Made by a program: the position numbers and the translations under genes. This document shows, one piece after another, positions 1 to 10,692 of a DNA stretch of 64,000 nucleotides. The DNA lies in the NCBI GenBank assembly GCA_049517415.1, contig JBEKSC010000009.1, positions 21,157 to 85,156 of the forward strand, given 5' to 3'. The stretch is from Candidatus Bathyarchaeia archaeon. Lineage in GTDB: Archaea; Thermoproteota; Bathyarchaeia; 40CM-2-53-6. Numbering within the stretch: position 1 is the stretch's first letter; each line of letters opens with the position of its first letter. A model generated the notes under the pieces. That model saw only the letters and a program-made list of their open reading frames with translations. It searched no databases and was not told where the DNA came from.

Positions 1-683
1 ATTAGGAGGTTGAGTGCGATGGGGAGTTGGGATGAGCCTAGGATTAGGCCGCGTAGTCCGTCGACAGCATACGTGACTGGGTCGAGCATTGTGAAGATTA
101 CCAAGTATGGTGGCAGGTTCTTGAGTGGGAAGAGGGCGCCGCTGAAGAAGAACATTGGAAAGACCAGAAAGCTGACAATTAGCTGGAAGCCTTCCACGCT
201 CTCCATATTCGACCCTATGATCAAGCCCAGGCTTACGAGCGCGGACGCGAGAACGAACATGAATACAAACGAGAAGAGCACCGAGAGAAGCGTGTAGTTT
301 ATCCTTAGAAGTAATCCGAAGACGAGCATAGCGCAACCCTGAAGCAGCGCATCAATGCTTCCCCCAACCATCTTCCCAGCAAAGATAGTTGTCCGTGAGA
401 GTGGGGCGACGAGCACTTCCTTGAAGAAGTCGATCTTCCTATCCCACACAATGTACAGGCCGAAGAAGACGGAGGAGAAGAGAATCGACATGGCGAGGAT
501 CCCTGGAAAGATGAAGACTTGGTAGTTGACGCCACCCAACGAAACCGCGGACCCTAACCCACCCCCGAAGACCACAATCCAGAGCAGGGGGGTTATGAGG
601 GATGATACGATTCGTGACTTTTCCCGCGTAAACACCTTCATCTCCCGGTACCAGAGCGCGTAGAACCCCTCCAGCTCACCCAT
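1..683 (-). CDS. ABC-2 type exporter permease (runs off window start)
   Basis: Minus-strand frame begins MGELEGFYALWYREMKVFTREKSRIVSS, is hydrophobic, and its ATG overlaps the TAA of the upstream ABC ATPase. Confidence 0.85.
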   Translation of the reverse strand, partial: MGELEGFYALWYREMKVFTREKSRIVSSLITPLLWIVVFGGGLGSAVSLGGVNYQVFIFPGILAMSILFSSVFFGLYIVWDRKIDFFKEVLVAPLSRTTIFAGKMVGGSIDALLQGCAMLVFGLLLRINYTLLSVLFSFVFMFVLASALVSLGLIIGSNMESVEGFQLIVSFLVFPMFFFSGALFPLKNLPPYLVIFTMLDPVTYAVDGLRGLILGSSQLPIALNLL

Positions 684-1654
684 TAGTGCCCACTCCTCAC
701 CCGTGCGATTCGCTCGAACACGCCCCCCTCACCCGACTCCTCCCTAATCTCACGTCCCGTGTAATGCAGGAAAACATCGTTCAGCGTAGCCGTCCGAACC
801 TCCACAGAATCCACCGCACCAACCATCCCGAGAATTTCCTGCAAATGCACGCTCGCATCCTTCACCGTCAACCGCAGCGTACTCCCCGACTGGTCTAGGC
901 TCAACACATAATCCAAACTTTTCAGGCGTTCAATATTTGGCGACTGGACGCGGAGCTTTATGATCTCCCCACCCACCTTCGACTTCAACGCTCTCGGGCT
1001 ATCCAAAGCGGAAACCTGGCCGTGGTCGATTATGGCTACGCGGTTACAGAGCCTATCCGCTTCATCCATGTAATGCGTCGTAATTATGACAGTAACCTTC
1101 TCGGATTTGACAAGGTTCTCAATGTAAGCCCAAATGTGCTCCCGAGTCTGCGGGTCCAGTCCCAACGTCGGTTCGTCGAGAAAGAGGATTCTAGGGTTAT
1201 GCAATAGCCCCCGCGCCAGTTCCAGTCTTCTGCGCATTCCGCCGGAATATTTCTTCACAACATCGTTCGCTCGGTCCTGTAGGTCCACTAGGCTGAGGAC
1301 GTAATCTATGCGCTCCCGCCGCTCCCCCTTCGGGACGCCGAACATCAACGCATGCAGGTACAAGTTCTCCCGACCGGTTAGCACATCGTCGCTACTCGGG
1401 TCCTGGAATACGATACCAATAGAACGGCGTACGTCGGCGGGGTGGGATCGAATATCGTACCCGTTCACGCGTCCAGTCCCCGAGGTTGGCTTCACGAGCG
1501 TGGCGAGCATCGAAAGCGTCGTAGTCTTCCCCGCCCCATTCGGGCCGAGGAGACCAAAGATTTCACCCTCCTCAATGCTCAGGTTCAACGAATCAACAGC
1601 CAGCAAGTCCCCATACCGCTTCGTCAAACCCTCCGTCTCAACCGCATGAACCAA
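683..1654 (-). CDS. ABC transporter ATP-binding protein (DrrA-like)
   Basis: Walker A GPNGAGKT, signature YSGGM, Walker B LFLDEPT, H-loop TTHY. Confidence 0.95.
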   Translation of the reverse strand: MVHAVETEGLTKRYGDLLAVDSLNLSIEEGEIFGLLGPNGAGKTTTLSMLATLVKPTSGTGRVNGYDIRSHPADVRRSIGIVFQDPSSDDVLTGRENLYLHALMFGVPKGERRERIDYVLSLVDLQDRANDVVKKYSGGMRRRLELARGLLHNPRILFLDEPTLGLDPQTREHIWAYIENLVKSEKVTVIITTHYMDEADRLCNRVAIIDHGQVSALDSPRALKSKVGGEIIKLRVQSPNIERLKSLDYVLSLDQSGSTLRLTVKDASVHLQEILGMVGAVDSVEVRTATLNDVFLHYTGREIREESGEGGVFERIARVRSGH

Positions 1655-1694
1655 TGAGCATCAACCGGCCATGCAACGGACTAGGCTGCGTGCC

Positions 1695-1844
1695 TTAAAT
1701 TGACTGGCTGTGCGAGGGCGCTCGCACGACTCGCTCATCTTTGACTAATATGATATGGCTTCCTCTTTGCCGTGCTACGACAAATCCACTCTTACTCAAG
1801 GCCTTGATTACTTCACGCCATGAGAGCAGAGGGAGCTTCGACAA
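1695..1844 (-). pseudogene. hicA: HicA-family toxin, apparently C-terminally truncated
   Basis: LSWREVIKALSKSGFVVARQRGSHIIL matches the HicA GSH motif; the frame ends at 49 aa without the usual C-terminal helix. Confidence 0.65.
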
Positions 1845-2046
1845 TAACCTCGACTCTTTCACCTTTCGTCTGCTCCCTGAATCTCTCTGCCTTGACCTCA
1901 AGATAGCCTTCAATCGCTTCCTTGAGGTTAGAGAGAGCCTCTTCTTTCGATTCACCTTCTGTGGTGACAGGGAGTTCAACGCATTTTATCACAAACCCAC
2001 CCTCTTCGGCAGGTTCCAGTACTGCGGTGAATTTGATTGAGGCCAT
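1813..2046 (-). CDS. hicB: HicB-family antitoxin
   Basis: FTAVLEPAEEGGFVIKCVELPVTTEGESKEEALSNLKEAIEGYLE. Confidence 0.9.
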   Translation of the reverse strand: MASIKFTAVLEPAEEGGFVIKCVELPVTTEGESKEEALSNLKEAIEGYLEVKAERFREQTKGERVEVIVEAPSALMA

Positions 2047-2191
2047 TTCTATTCTGTCATGTGGCCTTGACCCATAAACAGCTGACTTACCGACGGCAAT
2101 GATGGTGTGGCTGGCGCTCAAATTACCAGTCTAGGGTGAAATCTGGGGGAACGCTAACACAATGAAGCTAGGGAGAGTGAATCCCTCGATG

Positions 2192-2566
2192 TCACTCTAT
2201 GTATTGCACGCCCGGAAGTTCTTTCAAGTCTTTGTCGCTTGTGATTAATTGAGCCGAGTACGCTCTGGCTGTAGAATAGACTATCGCGTCGGCCATAGCA
2301 AACCCTTTTTCCAAACTCGCATCGGCCGCTTTCAACGCCGATTGCTCGTCTAATGTTACAATTCTGGTTCGGGTGATCTGAGCGTAGGCCTCCAAGGCCA
2401 CTTGTTCGCCCTTTTCTTTCTTCAGCCTCTTGTAGACCTCATACACTACCACAGTCGGTGTGATTGTGTCATTCGCGTTTACGTTCTCGATGTAAGTGGC
2501 AAATTTCTTCGCCAACGGCCCATTCGCGAAGTACTCGATCCATCCGTACGAGTCGATTACTTTCAA
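2192..2566 (-). CDS. vapC: VapC PIN-domain toxin
   Basis: VIDSYGWIEY...E...ADAIVY...LITSD acidic PIN residues; overlaps the upstream antitoxin. Confidence 0.92.
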   Translation of the reverse strand: MKVIDSYGWIEYFANGPLAKKFATYIENVNANDTITPTVVVYEVYKRLKKEKGEQVALEAYAQITRTRIVTLDEQSALKAADASLEKGFAMADAIVYSTARAYSAQLITSDKDLKELPGVQYIE

Positions 2567-2772
2567 AACCTGTCCTGCTCATCCCGGATATTGCTTGTTC
2601 TCGTGCCGCTGGCAAGACCACGAGTATCCTTGATTGGCCTCAGAGGAATTAGATGAACAACACCATCCTTCTCCACGACTACTACCTTTTGCCCAGGTTG
2701 GAGCTTCAATCTTGACCTAACCTCCTCAGGAATGACCACTTGGAACTTGGAAGAGACCGTTACTGTAGCCAT
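2563..2772 (-). CDS. AbrB/MazE-family antitoxin
   Basis: VSSKFQVVIPEEVRSRLKLQPGQKV. Confidence 0.9.
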   Translation of the reverse strand: MATVTVSSKFQVVIPEEVRSRLKLQPGQKVVVVEKDGVVHLIPLRPIKDTRGLASGTRTSNIRDEQDRF

Positions 2773-3017
2773 CGTTAGCGTCACAGTAGAACGGCGCACC
2801 TATCGATACTTAAGGCTTCTTACGATGAGAGTCAGAGTGTCACAAGCCTACGGCAGGGTCGGAGGGGGGAATCACCCGCGGAAGGAATTTTGACACCGGG
2901 ATCAATGAGTCTGAGTTTAGTTACATCGCAACGTAGTGGACCCGCCTCAGTTTGTCGCCTTCAGGGCTCCAGCCAAGCTGCTTGTCTACCCGCAACTGCA
3001 TGAAGTTGACGACATTA

Positions 3018-3320
3018 TCAACGACTTTGTTTGGTCTGCTTCAGATTTAGGTGGTCGCCCCATGCTAGCAGTTCATGAAGGTCGTTCTCAACATCAAATC
3101 GGTAGGTCTGTGCATTGCTGATCTTCCTCGAACGCTTGACGAAACCATACTTGACTAATTTCCCAATTGCTTTTTGCACAGTCTTAAATGTCAAGCCAGT
3201 GGATTCAGCGAGCATTGGTACGGTTTGCTCCATGTTGCCAACTATTCGCGCCTGGTCTAGGACGCGTGCGACTGGGCCTCCGAATACTTGGGTGAATGGC
3301 CCCCCTTTCATATCTTTCAA
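3018..3320 (-). CDS. winged-helix DNA-binding protein
   Basis: LAESTGLTFKTVQKAIGKLVKYGFV HTH pattern followed by a wing. Confidence 0.7.
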   Translation of the reverse strand: MKDMKGGPFTQVFGGPVARVLDQARIVGNMEQTVPMLAESTGLTFKTVQKAIGKLVKYGFVKRSRKISNAQTYRFDVENDLHELLAWGDHLNLKQTKQSR

Positions 3321-3855
3321 CTCTCACACTCTCATGCGTGTCATCATCATGATAACGGCGTTATATTAAGCATTGTATAAGATTCCATAGATAATGGAAT
3401 GATTTTCAATGGTATTTAGGCTGGGTACCTTGCTGCATGCCAAGGGGAACCACCCGTTGAGCTATTACCGAAAGGATATCCTCCCAAGTATCGGCATTTA
3501 GTTATGGAAGCATTTGAGATCTTGAAATCTGAAAACCGATCGCCGATTCAAGTAGTCCAACATAGGACTGGGCGCGGTACCTCTCCGCACGTCTGCCTTG
3601 TTCCGACTCAACTCTCAAGTGTTAGAGGTCTGATGAATGGTTATAGGAAATCTGTAGGCCGTTAGCCTTACGGCAGAGACCTCAGAACTCTACTGCCCTT
3701 GAGGAAATAGACACGGTATGCAGCGGTTTCTTGCACCCAATCCTGTCCGACATCAACTTTTCAGGACCGCGCAAACTGCTATTTGTATTAGCTACTCCGC
3801 CTCAATCATCGGAGAGTAAATAAGAGAAATTCGCAGTAGAGACAATTGAGCTAAC

Positions 3856-4260
3856 ATGACGACCGACGAGGAGATCTTGGAAGAATTAAGGAAGATTCGT
3901 GAGGCGGTCACTCCGAAGCCCGCGCCACCCGAAGTGAAACCGAAGGGGCTCATCGCTGAGTTTATGGCCTTTATTGGGAAAGCTGGCGTCATTGGGTTGG
4001 CTGTCGGCTTCATTATGGGCACGTACATTGGGACCGTAGTTACAGCGCTCGTTCAAGACATCATCATGCCGATTCCAGGTGCCTTGATTTCTGGGGGCGA
4101 TTGGAGGAAAGCGGTTGTCACCTTGCCCATAGGCCAAGGCATGAATTTCGCGGTAGGAGACTTTGTCGGTGTTATCATTAATTTCATAATAGTCGCCGTC
4201 GTGGTCTTCTTCATAACCAAGTACGCTGGAAAAGCTATGGAGAAAGTCCCGCTGAAGTAG
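3856..4260 (+). CDS. mscL: large-conductance mechanosensitive channel family protein
   Basis: EFMAFI..VIGLAVGFIMG..VTALVQDIIMP..GDFVGVIINFIIVA. Confidence 0.9.
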   Translation: MTTDEEILEELRKIREAVTPKPAPPEVKPKGLIAEFMAFIGKAGVIGLAVGFIMGTYIGTVVTALVQDIIMPIPGALISGGDWRKAVVTLPIGQGMNFAVGDFVGVIINFIIVAVVVFFITKYAGKAMEKVPLK

Positions 4261-4296
4261 CAGCAACAGCCTCGAACCGCAAACTGCCCACTAGGT

Positions 4297-5463
4297 CTAC
4301 CGTATTTCTTCTTCTCCTTCAGTCACGGTTATCCCACGTTTTCCAGACACCAGTTCCTTCAGGAACTCGCTAGGCTCAACGCAAAGCTCAGGCGGCAGCG
4401 TGCCTCGTTTAGTTATTCTTCCCATTGCGAGCCACTGTGCGATTATGGAGGGGGGTGTTCCTGTGCCGACCGTCCCGCCGCCAACGTTCCACCGTTCGTT
4501 TGGAACGCTGACAGCGTCCACCCAAATCCTGACCCGCTTTCCATCACGCTTACCCAATCCCTCGACCCTCTGGCAATCAACATCTAATTCAACGTCCGTG
4601 GGTTTCGGGAGGGAGTCAATAACCGAAGTTAACATGTCGTAGGGGACGACGTCTTCGCCCCTGACCTTGATGGGCGTCTTCTTAGTCAAACCCAACTGGG
4701 CTAGGAGCACGATTGATTTTGTGAATTCGGGTGGGTAAGCGACTACGAAATCCATTTCCTTGATCCCTCTCCCAATGTTGAAGGGCATCGTCGCTAACTC
4801 AGAATGAATCGTGTAGTACCCCTCCACCTTACCAATGGGCTCGGGTAGAGTGAAAGATTCCTTTCCGGAAAGCGCCGGAATCTCTCGGATCCTCCCTTCG
4901 CGAAGTATGATCGGTGGGATTGTAAACTCATCTAGGACAGTTCGTATCGCGTAAGGGGCCTGAAATCCTCCGCCTCCTTTGACGACCGTGGAGCCGCTGC
5001 GCAGTTTCATCACCTCCACCTCATCCAGTTTTTCAGCGACGTAGGCTCCCATCACGTTCATTGTTCCAGGCGTACTACCCATCCCCAAAACGCAAGCGAC
5101 GTTCGCGTCCTTCGCAGCCTTGTCCAACTCCAGCTGCTTCATCGTCATATGGTAGAGTCCACCGAGGTCGAGGTAGTGTATGCCCGCCGAGATGGCTGCT
5201 TGCATGACTTGCTGGTTCAACTCGTACCAGGTCGAGTTAACCACCACATCCCAGTCTCTCATAATCCGGGTTAACTGTGCGTTTTCACGTGCATCTGCGG
5301 AAAGTGGGACGGCGCGTTCGTCTCCTAAACTTCTCGACGCCGCCTCGGCTCGTTCAAGGCACAGGTCAGCAACCCCTACTTTCTCCACTTTGCTGTTCCC
5401 TAGCATGTCCCTGATTGTGAACTGAGCCATAGCCCCGGCTCCGCCAAGAACTAAGATTCGCAA
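4297..5463 (-). CDS. saccharopine dehydrogenase-like oxidoreductase
   Basis: N-terminal VLGGAGAM Rossmann motif, HYLDLGG, GSTPG, HSE; TTG start inferred. Confidence 0.85.
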   Translation of the reverse strand: MRILVLGGAGAMAQFTIRDMLGNSKVEKVGVADLCLERAEAASRSLGDERAVPLSADARENAQLTRIMRDWDVVVNSTWYELNQQVMQAAISAGIHYLDLGGLYHMTMKQLELDKAAKDANVACVLGMGSTPGTMNVMGAYVAEKLDEVEVMKLRSGSTVVKGGGGFQAPYAIRTVLDEFTIPPIILREGRIREIPALSGKESFTLPEPIGKVEGYYTIHSELATMPFNIGRGIKEMDFVVAYPPEFTKSIVLLAQLGLTKKTPIKVRGEDVVPYDMLTSVIDSLPKPTDVELDVDCQRVEGLGKRDGKRVRIWVDAVSVPNERWNVGGGTVGTGTPPSIIAQWLAMGRITKRGTLPPELCVEPSEFLKELVSGKRGITVTEGEEEIR

Positions 5464-5558
5464 GTGAAATCGTCCCTCGTATGACCCAACGACGTATTCC
5501 ACCAGGTAGAAATACCCTTATCAGACTTTGTCCAATAACAACTAAGGCTTGATGAATA

Positions 5559-6152
5559 ATGAGTCTCCTTCGTTCGATCCTTACTGGTCTGCTCGTTCTT
5601 GTCGCCATTGTTTCAATTGCTTTCATAGGGTACACTAGCCTGAACCCTCCCCTAGTAACTGTGACCCAACAGCAGTTTCTAACAAACACTCAGAGCCTCT
5701 ACAGCACGCAAACGATGACCAGCCTTAGTATTGTAACGAGTTTCCGAACGGTCACAAGCGCAACTACGGCTGGGTTTGGAAATGGTTACCCTGGGTACGG
5801 GTATTATCAGAATTATCCGAATAACCCGAACTGTTCGTATTATGGATGTTACTACTCGCCCCCAGGCTTCGCTTCCCCAAGCGATCTCTGCACCACATCA
5901 GCTCAGAATGGTACGATTCAATGCTCCGGATACTTGCACGTGCCCTCGAGCACGTGCACGGAACTTGCAATTCCATACAACGCTCCAGCCCTTATGGAGT
6001 CCACGGGCTACCTGTACCTGACCTTGTTCAATTTACCATCAAACACTCCTCCGAGCGGCACATGGGTCACGGTGACAGGAACGCTAAACCAAGGCTACTC
6101 ATCCGGCGTGCTTTGCACAACTAACTACATCAACGTGGCTACAATATCCTAG
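5559..6152 (+). CDS. membrane-anchored Thr/Ser-rich, Cys-containing surface protein
   Basis: N-terminal TM helix, Thr-rich linker, Cys-containing C-terminal domain. Confidence 0.65.
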   Translation: MSLLRSILTGLLVLVAIVSIAFIGYTSLNPPLVTVTQQQFLTNTQSLYSTQTMTSLSIVTSFRTVTSATTAGFGNGYPGYGYYQNYPNNPNCSYYGCYYSPPGFASPSDLCTTSAQNGTIQCSGYLHVPSSTCTELAIPYNAPALMESTGYLYLTLFNLPSNTPPSGTWVTVTGTLNQGYSSGVLCTTNYINVATIS

Positions 6153-6220
6153 CAAAAAACCGGTAAGCCGACCAACTAACGGTTAAATTCGCGCGCACTA
6201 GGTTGCGCTCACGATTGCCT

Positions 6221-6598
6221 ATGAAATCTAAATTTACATACGTAGGAATCAGAGTCAAAGACCTAGAGAAATCCATCGACTTCTACACAAAATTACTGGG
6301 CATGAAAGTCAAGGGCAGAAACAAATTTGAGAGAACCAAGGGTGAAGTCGTCAACTTGGAAAGCGAAGGCGTCGCCTTCGAACTCGAACTGAACTACTAC
6401 GAGAAGGACAGCCCGTATTACTCGGAATACACGACCGGAGAAAGCCTCGACCATCTAGCCTTCGGCGTAGAAGACCTTCCGCGAGCTCTAGAAGAAGCTC
6501 GGAAGGGCGGCTACCGCGTCATCGCGGAAATGAAATCAGACGAAAGCCGCTGGGCCTACGTAGAGGATCCCAACGGAATCTGGATCGAACTTTTCTAG
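6221..6598 (+). CDS. VOC/glyoxalase family protein
   Basis: YVGIRVKDLEKSIDFY...HLAFGVED...DPNGIWIEL. Confidence 0.9.
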   Translation: MKSKFTYVGIRVKDLEKSIDFYTKLLGMKVKGRNKFERTKGEVVNLESEGVAFELELNYYEKDSPYYSEYTTGESLDHLAFGVEDLPRALEEARKGGYRVIAEMKSDESRWAYVEDPNGIWIELF

Positions 6599-6675
6599 TT
6601 TCCCTGAATCGTCAGCCTCGTCTAACGTGGCTTCGTTTTATATTCAACCTCAGTTAATGGGCGGGCGATGTCACT

Positions 6676-7053
6676 TTGTTTGCAGGTATCGGCGGCCTAA
6701 TTATTCAACTAATAATCGCTGGTATTATCGGCGGTATCTTCGTTTGGTTGGCGGGAAAGGCCCTAGGCGCACCCAGGGCTACCTATTGGCATGGGATTCT
6801 GATCGTTGTTTTAGCGATAATTGTCAGTGACATCATTGGTTATTTCTTGAGCGGCCTGGGCTGGATCAGAATCATCATAGAAATTATCGTAATCCTTCTG
6901 CTGATCAAGCACTTCTTCGCGGTCGGATGGGTAAAGGCGATCGTAATCGCAATCTTGGCTGTGGTCATAGCGATCATAGTCACCTTTGTCCTTGCTTTAA
7001 TCGGGCTTGCCTTCGCAGCCACAGCACTGAAGGGCCTAATCCCAGGACTATAA
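6676..7053 (+). CDS. small integral membrane protein (about 4 TM)
   Basis: Almost entirely hydrophobic ORF. Confidence 0.7.
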   Translation: MFAGIGGLIIQLIIAGIIGGIFVWLAGKALGAPRATYWHGILIVVLAIIVSDIIGYFLSGLGWIRIIIEIIVILLLIKHFFAVGWVKAIVIAILAVVIAIIVTFVLALIGLAFAATALKGLIPGL

Positions 7054-7243
7054 TCGTCTCGCCTTGCAGGGCGAGACTTCGTCACTATGTCTTGTACAAT
7101 ACGGTCGGGCTAACTGGGTAAGAGCGGCCCGTAACATTTGGGTTGGCAAGATAATCTCTACGATAAGGCAAAACCCTTATTATGGGTAGGATTGAGTTGA
7201 CCAGCTCAACTGCTTCTACATAAATCGCGAGACTTGGAAGATT

Positions 7244-8857
7244 ATGCTAGCTAGATCGAAGGTCGCAATCTTAATTGTGGTCGCTATCTCGTCTGTAACG
7301 CTTTTTCAGACTGTGGAAGGAGCTTGTGGTGTTCACGTAGGCGTACCAGGAGCGCCGATACAAGTTGGTTCACCCTTCGTGATCTCGTACTACACTGACG
7401 TAGGGTGCAACGGCATGACCACCGTTCTCGTTCGGCCGGCTCTCAGCGTTACGCCCATCTGGCAGGCAGGGCCGACTCACGTCAGCGGTGGGTTAGACTA
7501 CGAAGTAACTGCCCCTGGCATAAACACTCCAGGAGGTTACTTTGCGGAAGTCTCATTTGTGAAAACGGGCGGAAACACTGCTGTATTGGGAGAGAAACTC
7601 TTTCAAGTGGTTGGACCGGCCTCTGTATCAACAAACTGGGCGATCCAGTCAGTCTCACTAACTCCTTCTCCCCCTCAAGTTGGTGACCCAGTAACTTTCA
7701 GCGCGGTGTTGGTTGCGCTCTCGACATCGGGCTCATATCCGCAAAGTGTTGATGTGGAATGCACAATTGACGGCGCTTCATGCGGAGGCGGGTCCCTCTC
7801 CTACCCTGGACCAACTGGCAACCCCGCTACTGTGAACACGCAGACGCAGTGGATCGCAACGCCAGGAACACACACGTTAACTTGGTCGGTTTCGACGAAT
7901 AACGATCCAAACCCCGGCAATAACGTAATGAGCACCACGTTCATTGTTGGACAAGCAATACAAACGACAACGCAATTTGATTTTTCATTATCCGATTCAC
8001 CCACTCAGCAGAGCGCCACTCCTGGTGGGAGCGCAAGCTACACTGTCGCCGTGAACCCAGTAACAGGGCCACAGCAGAGTGTGGATCTCAGCGTGTCAGG
8101 ATTACCGAACGGTGTGTCCGCGTCATTTAACCCAACCTCAGGAACACCTCCATTTACTTCAACACTAAGCGTTACAGTGGCATCCTCAGTGTCCCCTGGA
8201 GCGTTAACGCTAACCATCGTTGGGAATGGAGGTGGGGTAACCCATACGGCCTCCGTCACTCTCATCGTCTCGGCTGCATCTGATTTTGCAATTGGCGTTA
8301 GCCCCGCCTCTCAGAGTGTGCTTCAGGGACAGACGGCATCGTATTCGGTGAATGTTTCCGCCCTCAATGGCTTCAACTCGCAGGTTTCATTGTCTGTCTC
8401 AGGATTACCTTCGGGTGCCGATGGGGTCTTCAGCAATCCCTCCGGAACTCCAAACTTTGCTTCGACGCTCACGGTCACATTATCAGGGGATGTTGCGCCT
8501 GCTTCGTATACGTTGACGGTGACCGGGAGCGGAGGGGGACTAAGCCACGTCGCCAACCTGGTTCTAACAGTTAATGCAGCCGTAGTAACGCAAAGCTCAA
8601 CGTCCTCAACTCAAGCATCAACTCAACCATCAAGCGACCTGATGAGCATGATCCAACAAAACCAACTCCTCATACTCGGAGGCATAATCTTGTTGGCCGT
8701 CTTGATTGCAGTCGCGTTGCGGAGTAGACGAAAACCAACCTCGACCCAACCTACGGGAAAGGGCGCCACAACTGGATTCGTTTACTGTGGAAAGTGTGGA
8801 ACCCAAAACCCAACCGCCAACAAGTTCTGCAAAGAATGCGGCACCGATCTAAAATAA
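7244..8857 (+). CDS. surface protein: signal peptide, CARDB/Ig-like repeats, TM helix, C-terminal zinc ribbon
   Basis: Two repeated DF.(L/I)..SP..QS...G..ASY.V modules; TM near residue 480; CGKCG...CKECG. Confidence 0.8.
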   Translation: MLARSKVAILIVVAISSVTLFQTVEGACGVHVGVPGAPIQVGSPFVISYYTDVGCNGMTTVLVRPALSVTPIWQAGPTHVSGGLDYEVTAPGINTPGGYFAEVSFVKTGGNTAVLGEKLFQVVGPASVSTNWAIQSVSLTPSPPQVGDPVTFSAVLVALSTSGSYPQSVDVECTIDGASCGGGSLSYPGPTGNPATVNTQTQWIATPGTHTLTWSVSTNNDPNPGNNVMSTTFIVGQAIQTTTQFDFSLSDSPTQQSATPGGSASYTVAVNPVTGPQQSVDLSVSGLPNGVSASFNPTSGTPPFTSTLSVTVASSVSPGALTLTIVGNGGGVTHTASVTLIVSAASDFAIGVSPASQSVLQGQTASYSVNVSALNGFNSQVSLSVSGLPSGADGVFSNPSGTPNFASTLTVTLSGDVAPASYTLTVTGSGGGLSHVANLVLTVNAAVVTQSSTSSTQASTQPSSDLMSMIQQNQLLILGGIILLAVLIAVALRSRRKPTSTQPTGKGATTGFVYCGKCGTQNPTANKFCKECGTDLK

Positions 8858-9199
8858 CATCAGATTGCCTCAGGTTGAATGGCCTTTCGAGGTTCGCCAT
8901 ATCGAGAATCGCCTTAATTCCTTATATGTTGAAATGTACTACACAACGACAGGTGCCATTAATTGAGCTTCGAATTTGATGGTTTGAATGAATTGTTCGA
9001 CAAAGGCGCATATCACAAGGCCGAATCCTTTGGGCAGAACGGCATCATGGCCGCTTTCAGACATCGCAATCTCGAGGCGCACATACCGCTCATAATCGCA
9101 TTTCTCTTCGTGCTCTCTGGCGATTACATATCCCTAATCCGCCATCTAAGAATGGTCATCTAGACGCTCAAGTCAATGCTTGACTTGCATAAGTCCCGC

Positions 9200-9445
9200 C
9201 TAACGGGGCACCGTTCCACCTCGTGAGCTCGTACCCTCTGAACGATGTACTTGGTCGCTGGTAATCATGTACATGGTTTGCGGCCATGCTACCTCAATCC
9301 CGTCTTCGGAAAGATGTACATACTCACTGGTGAACATGTACACGTTCAGGCGAAACTTCCGAGGGTCTCCGAAAACGCGCTTGCGCTGCTGAAAGCCCTC
9401 TATTGCGACTTTCCTTTTCCCGGCGCCATCCGAATAACAATTCAC
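9200..9445 (-). CDS. hypothetical protein
   Basis: GTGA overlap with the citrate synthase stop suggests translational coupling. Confidence 0.4.
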   Translation of the reverse strand: MNCYSDGAGKRKVAIEGFQQRKRVFGDPRKFRLNVYMFTSEYVHLSEDGIEVAWPQTMYMITSDQVHRSEGTSSRGGTVPR

Positions 9446-10566
9446 CGTTTGTCGATGGGCACCACTTTTCGGTCCCGCGGCCCGGTGTACTCAGTTTCAG
9501 GCCGGATAAGTCGGTTGTTGGCTACTTGTTCGAGGACGTTCGCGGACCATCCGACGCTTCGGCTCGCAGCGAAAGTTGCTGTGAAGAGGTCCGGTGGTAA
9601 GCCAACGGAATCCATCACAACCGCGGAATAGAATTCCACGTTGGTATACAGCTTCTTGCGAGACTTTTCCGTCTGCAGGATGCGGATGGCTGTTTCCTCA
9701 ACACTGCGGGCCAATTCGAAGAATCTCTTGTCCGCTGTCTTGTTTGCTATGTCACGGAGGATCTCGGCCCGCGGGTCCGTGGTCCTATAGACTCTGTGCC
9801 CAAAACCCATCAGCCTTCTCCCAGCCTTCAACTCATCCCTAATCCAAGGTTCAGCGCGTTCGGGGTTTCCAATGTCCTTCAGCATTTGAAGAACAGGGGC
9901 CGGGGCGCCGCCGTGAAGTGGTCCTTTTAGGGCTCCGATTGCGGCGGTTATGGCCGAGTACATATCAGACCATGTGGACGCCACAATTCTCGCAGTGAAG
10001 GTTGAGGAATTCATACCATGGTCCGCGAGAAGAATCAGGTATTTGTCGAGTGCGTCTACCTTGGCCTCTTCAGGTTCTTTTCCCGTAAGCATGTAAATGT
10101 AATTCGCAGCGTGCCCAAGCCCCGGTAGCGGGTCTAGGGGTTCTTGGCCGCGGCGGAGGCGGTCAAATGCAGCGTTGATCGTCGGCATCTTCGCAGTAAT
10201 TGCAATCGCGTCCGAGATATCGGGTTTCTTTAGGGGAATGCCCGTCCCGAGCGTTGAGATGGCGGTTCGAAGCACATCCAGAGTGTTCGAGGTGCGGGGA
10301 AGGTTACGGATGGTTGCCTTTAGGTCCGCAGGAATCGACCGTTCCATGATTAGGCGTTTATTCAGGTCGGCAAGCTGCGTCTTGGTCGGTAGGTTGCCAT
10401 TCCAAAGCAGGTAGGCGACTTCTTCGAAGGCGAGGTTGGCGGCAAGGTCGTGAATATCATACCCCCGGTAGATGAGGCGCCCCGCGTTTCCATCAATCAT
10501 GCAGATACTGCTATCGTCGATGATTACTCCTTCGAGTCCCTTCGCAATCGCCTTGGCAGCCGTCAA
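9442..10566 (-). CDS. citrate/2-methylcitrate synthase
   Basis: GLEGV, LIYRGY, DHGMNSSTF, GPLHGGA, GFGHRVY. Confidence 0.95.
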   Translation of the reverse strand: MTAAKAIAKGLEGVIIDDSSICMIDGNAGRLIYRGYDIHDLAANLAFEEVAYLLWNGNLPTKTQLADLNKRLIMERSIPADLKATIRNLPRTSNTLDVLRTAISTLGTGIPLKKPDISDAIAITAKMPTINAAFDRLRRGQEPLDPLPGLGHAANYIYMLTGKEPEEAKVDALDKYLILLADHGMNSSTFTARIVASTWSDMYSAITAAIGALKGPLHGGAPAPVLQMLKDIGNPERAEPWIRDELKAGRRLMGFGHRVYRTTDPRAEILRDIANKTADKRFFELARSVEETAIRILQTEKSRKKLYTNVEFYSAVVMDSVGLPPDLFTATFAASRSVGWSANVLEQVANNRLIRPETEYTGPRDRKVVPIDKR

Positions 10567-10692
10567 GTGCTAAGCCTATTCTTCAGCCACGCTCATCTCA
10601 CTTATTATCCAATCTCGTAACCGTTTGTGCCCGCCAGACTTGTGCAATCTTTCTTAAGGGAATCCACCTAACGTTATCCACAGGTTAGAAAC

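Noticed and set aside
3420..3790. Possible gene remnant or ncRNA
   Set aside because: A short open stretch lacks a good start and any recognisable motif or structure
8963..9163. 66-aa ORF
   Set aside because: No recognisable motif or RBS
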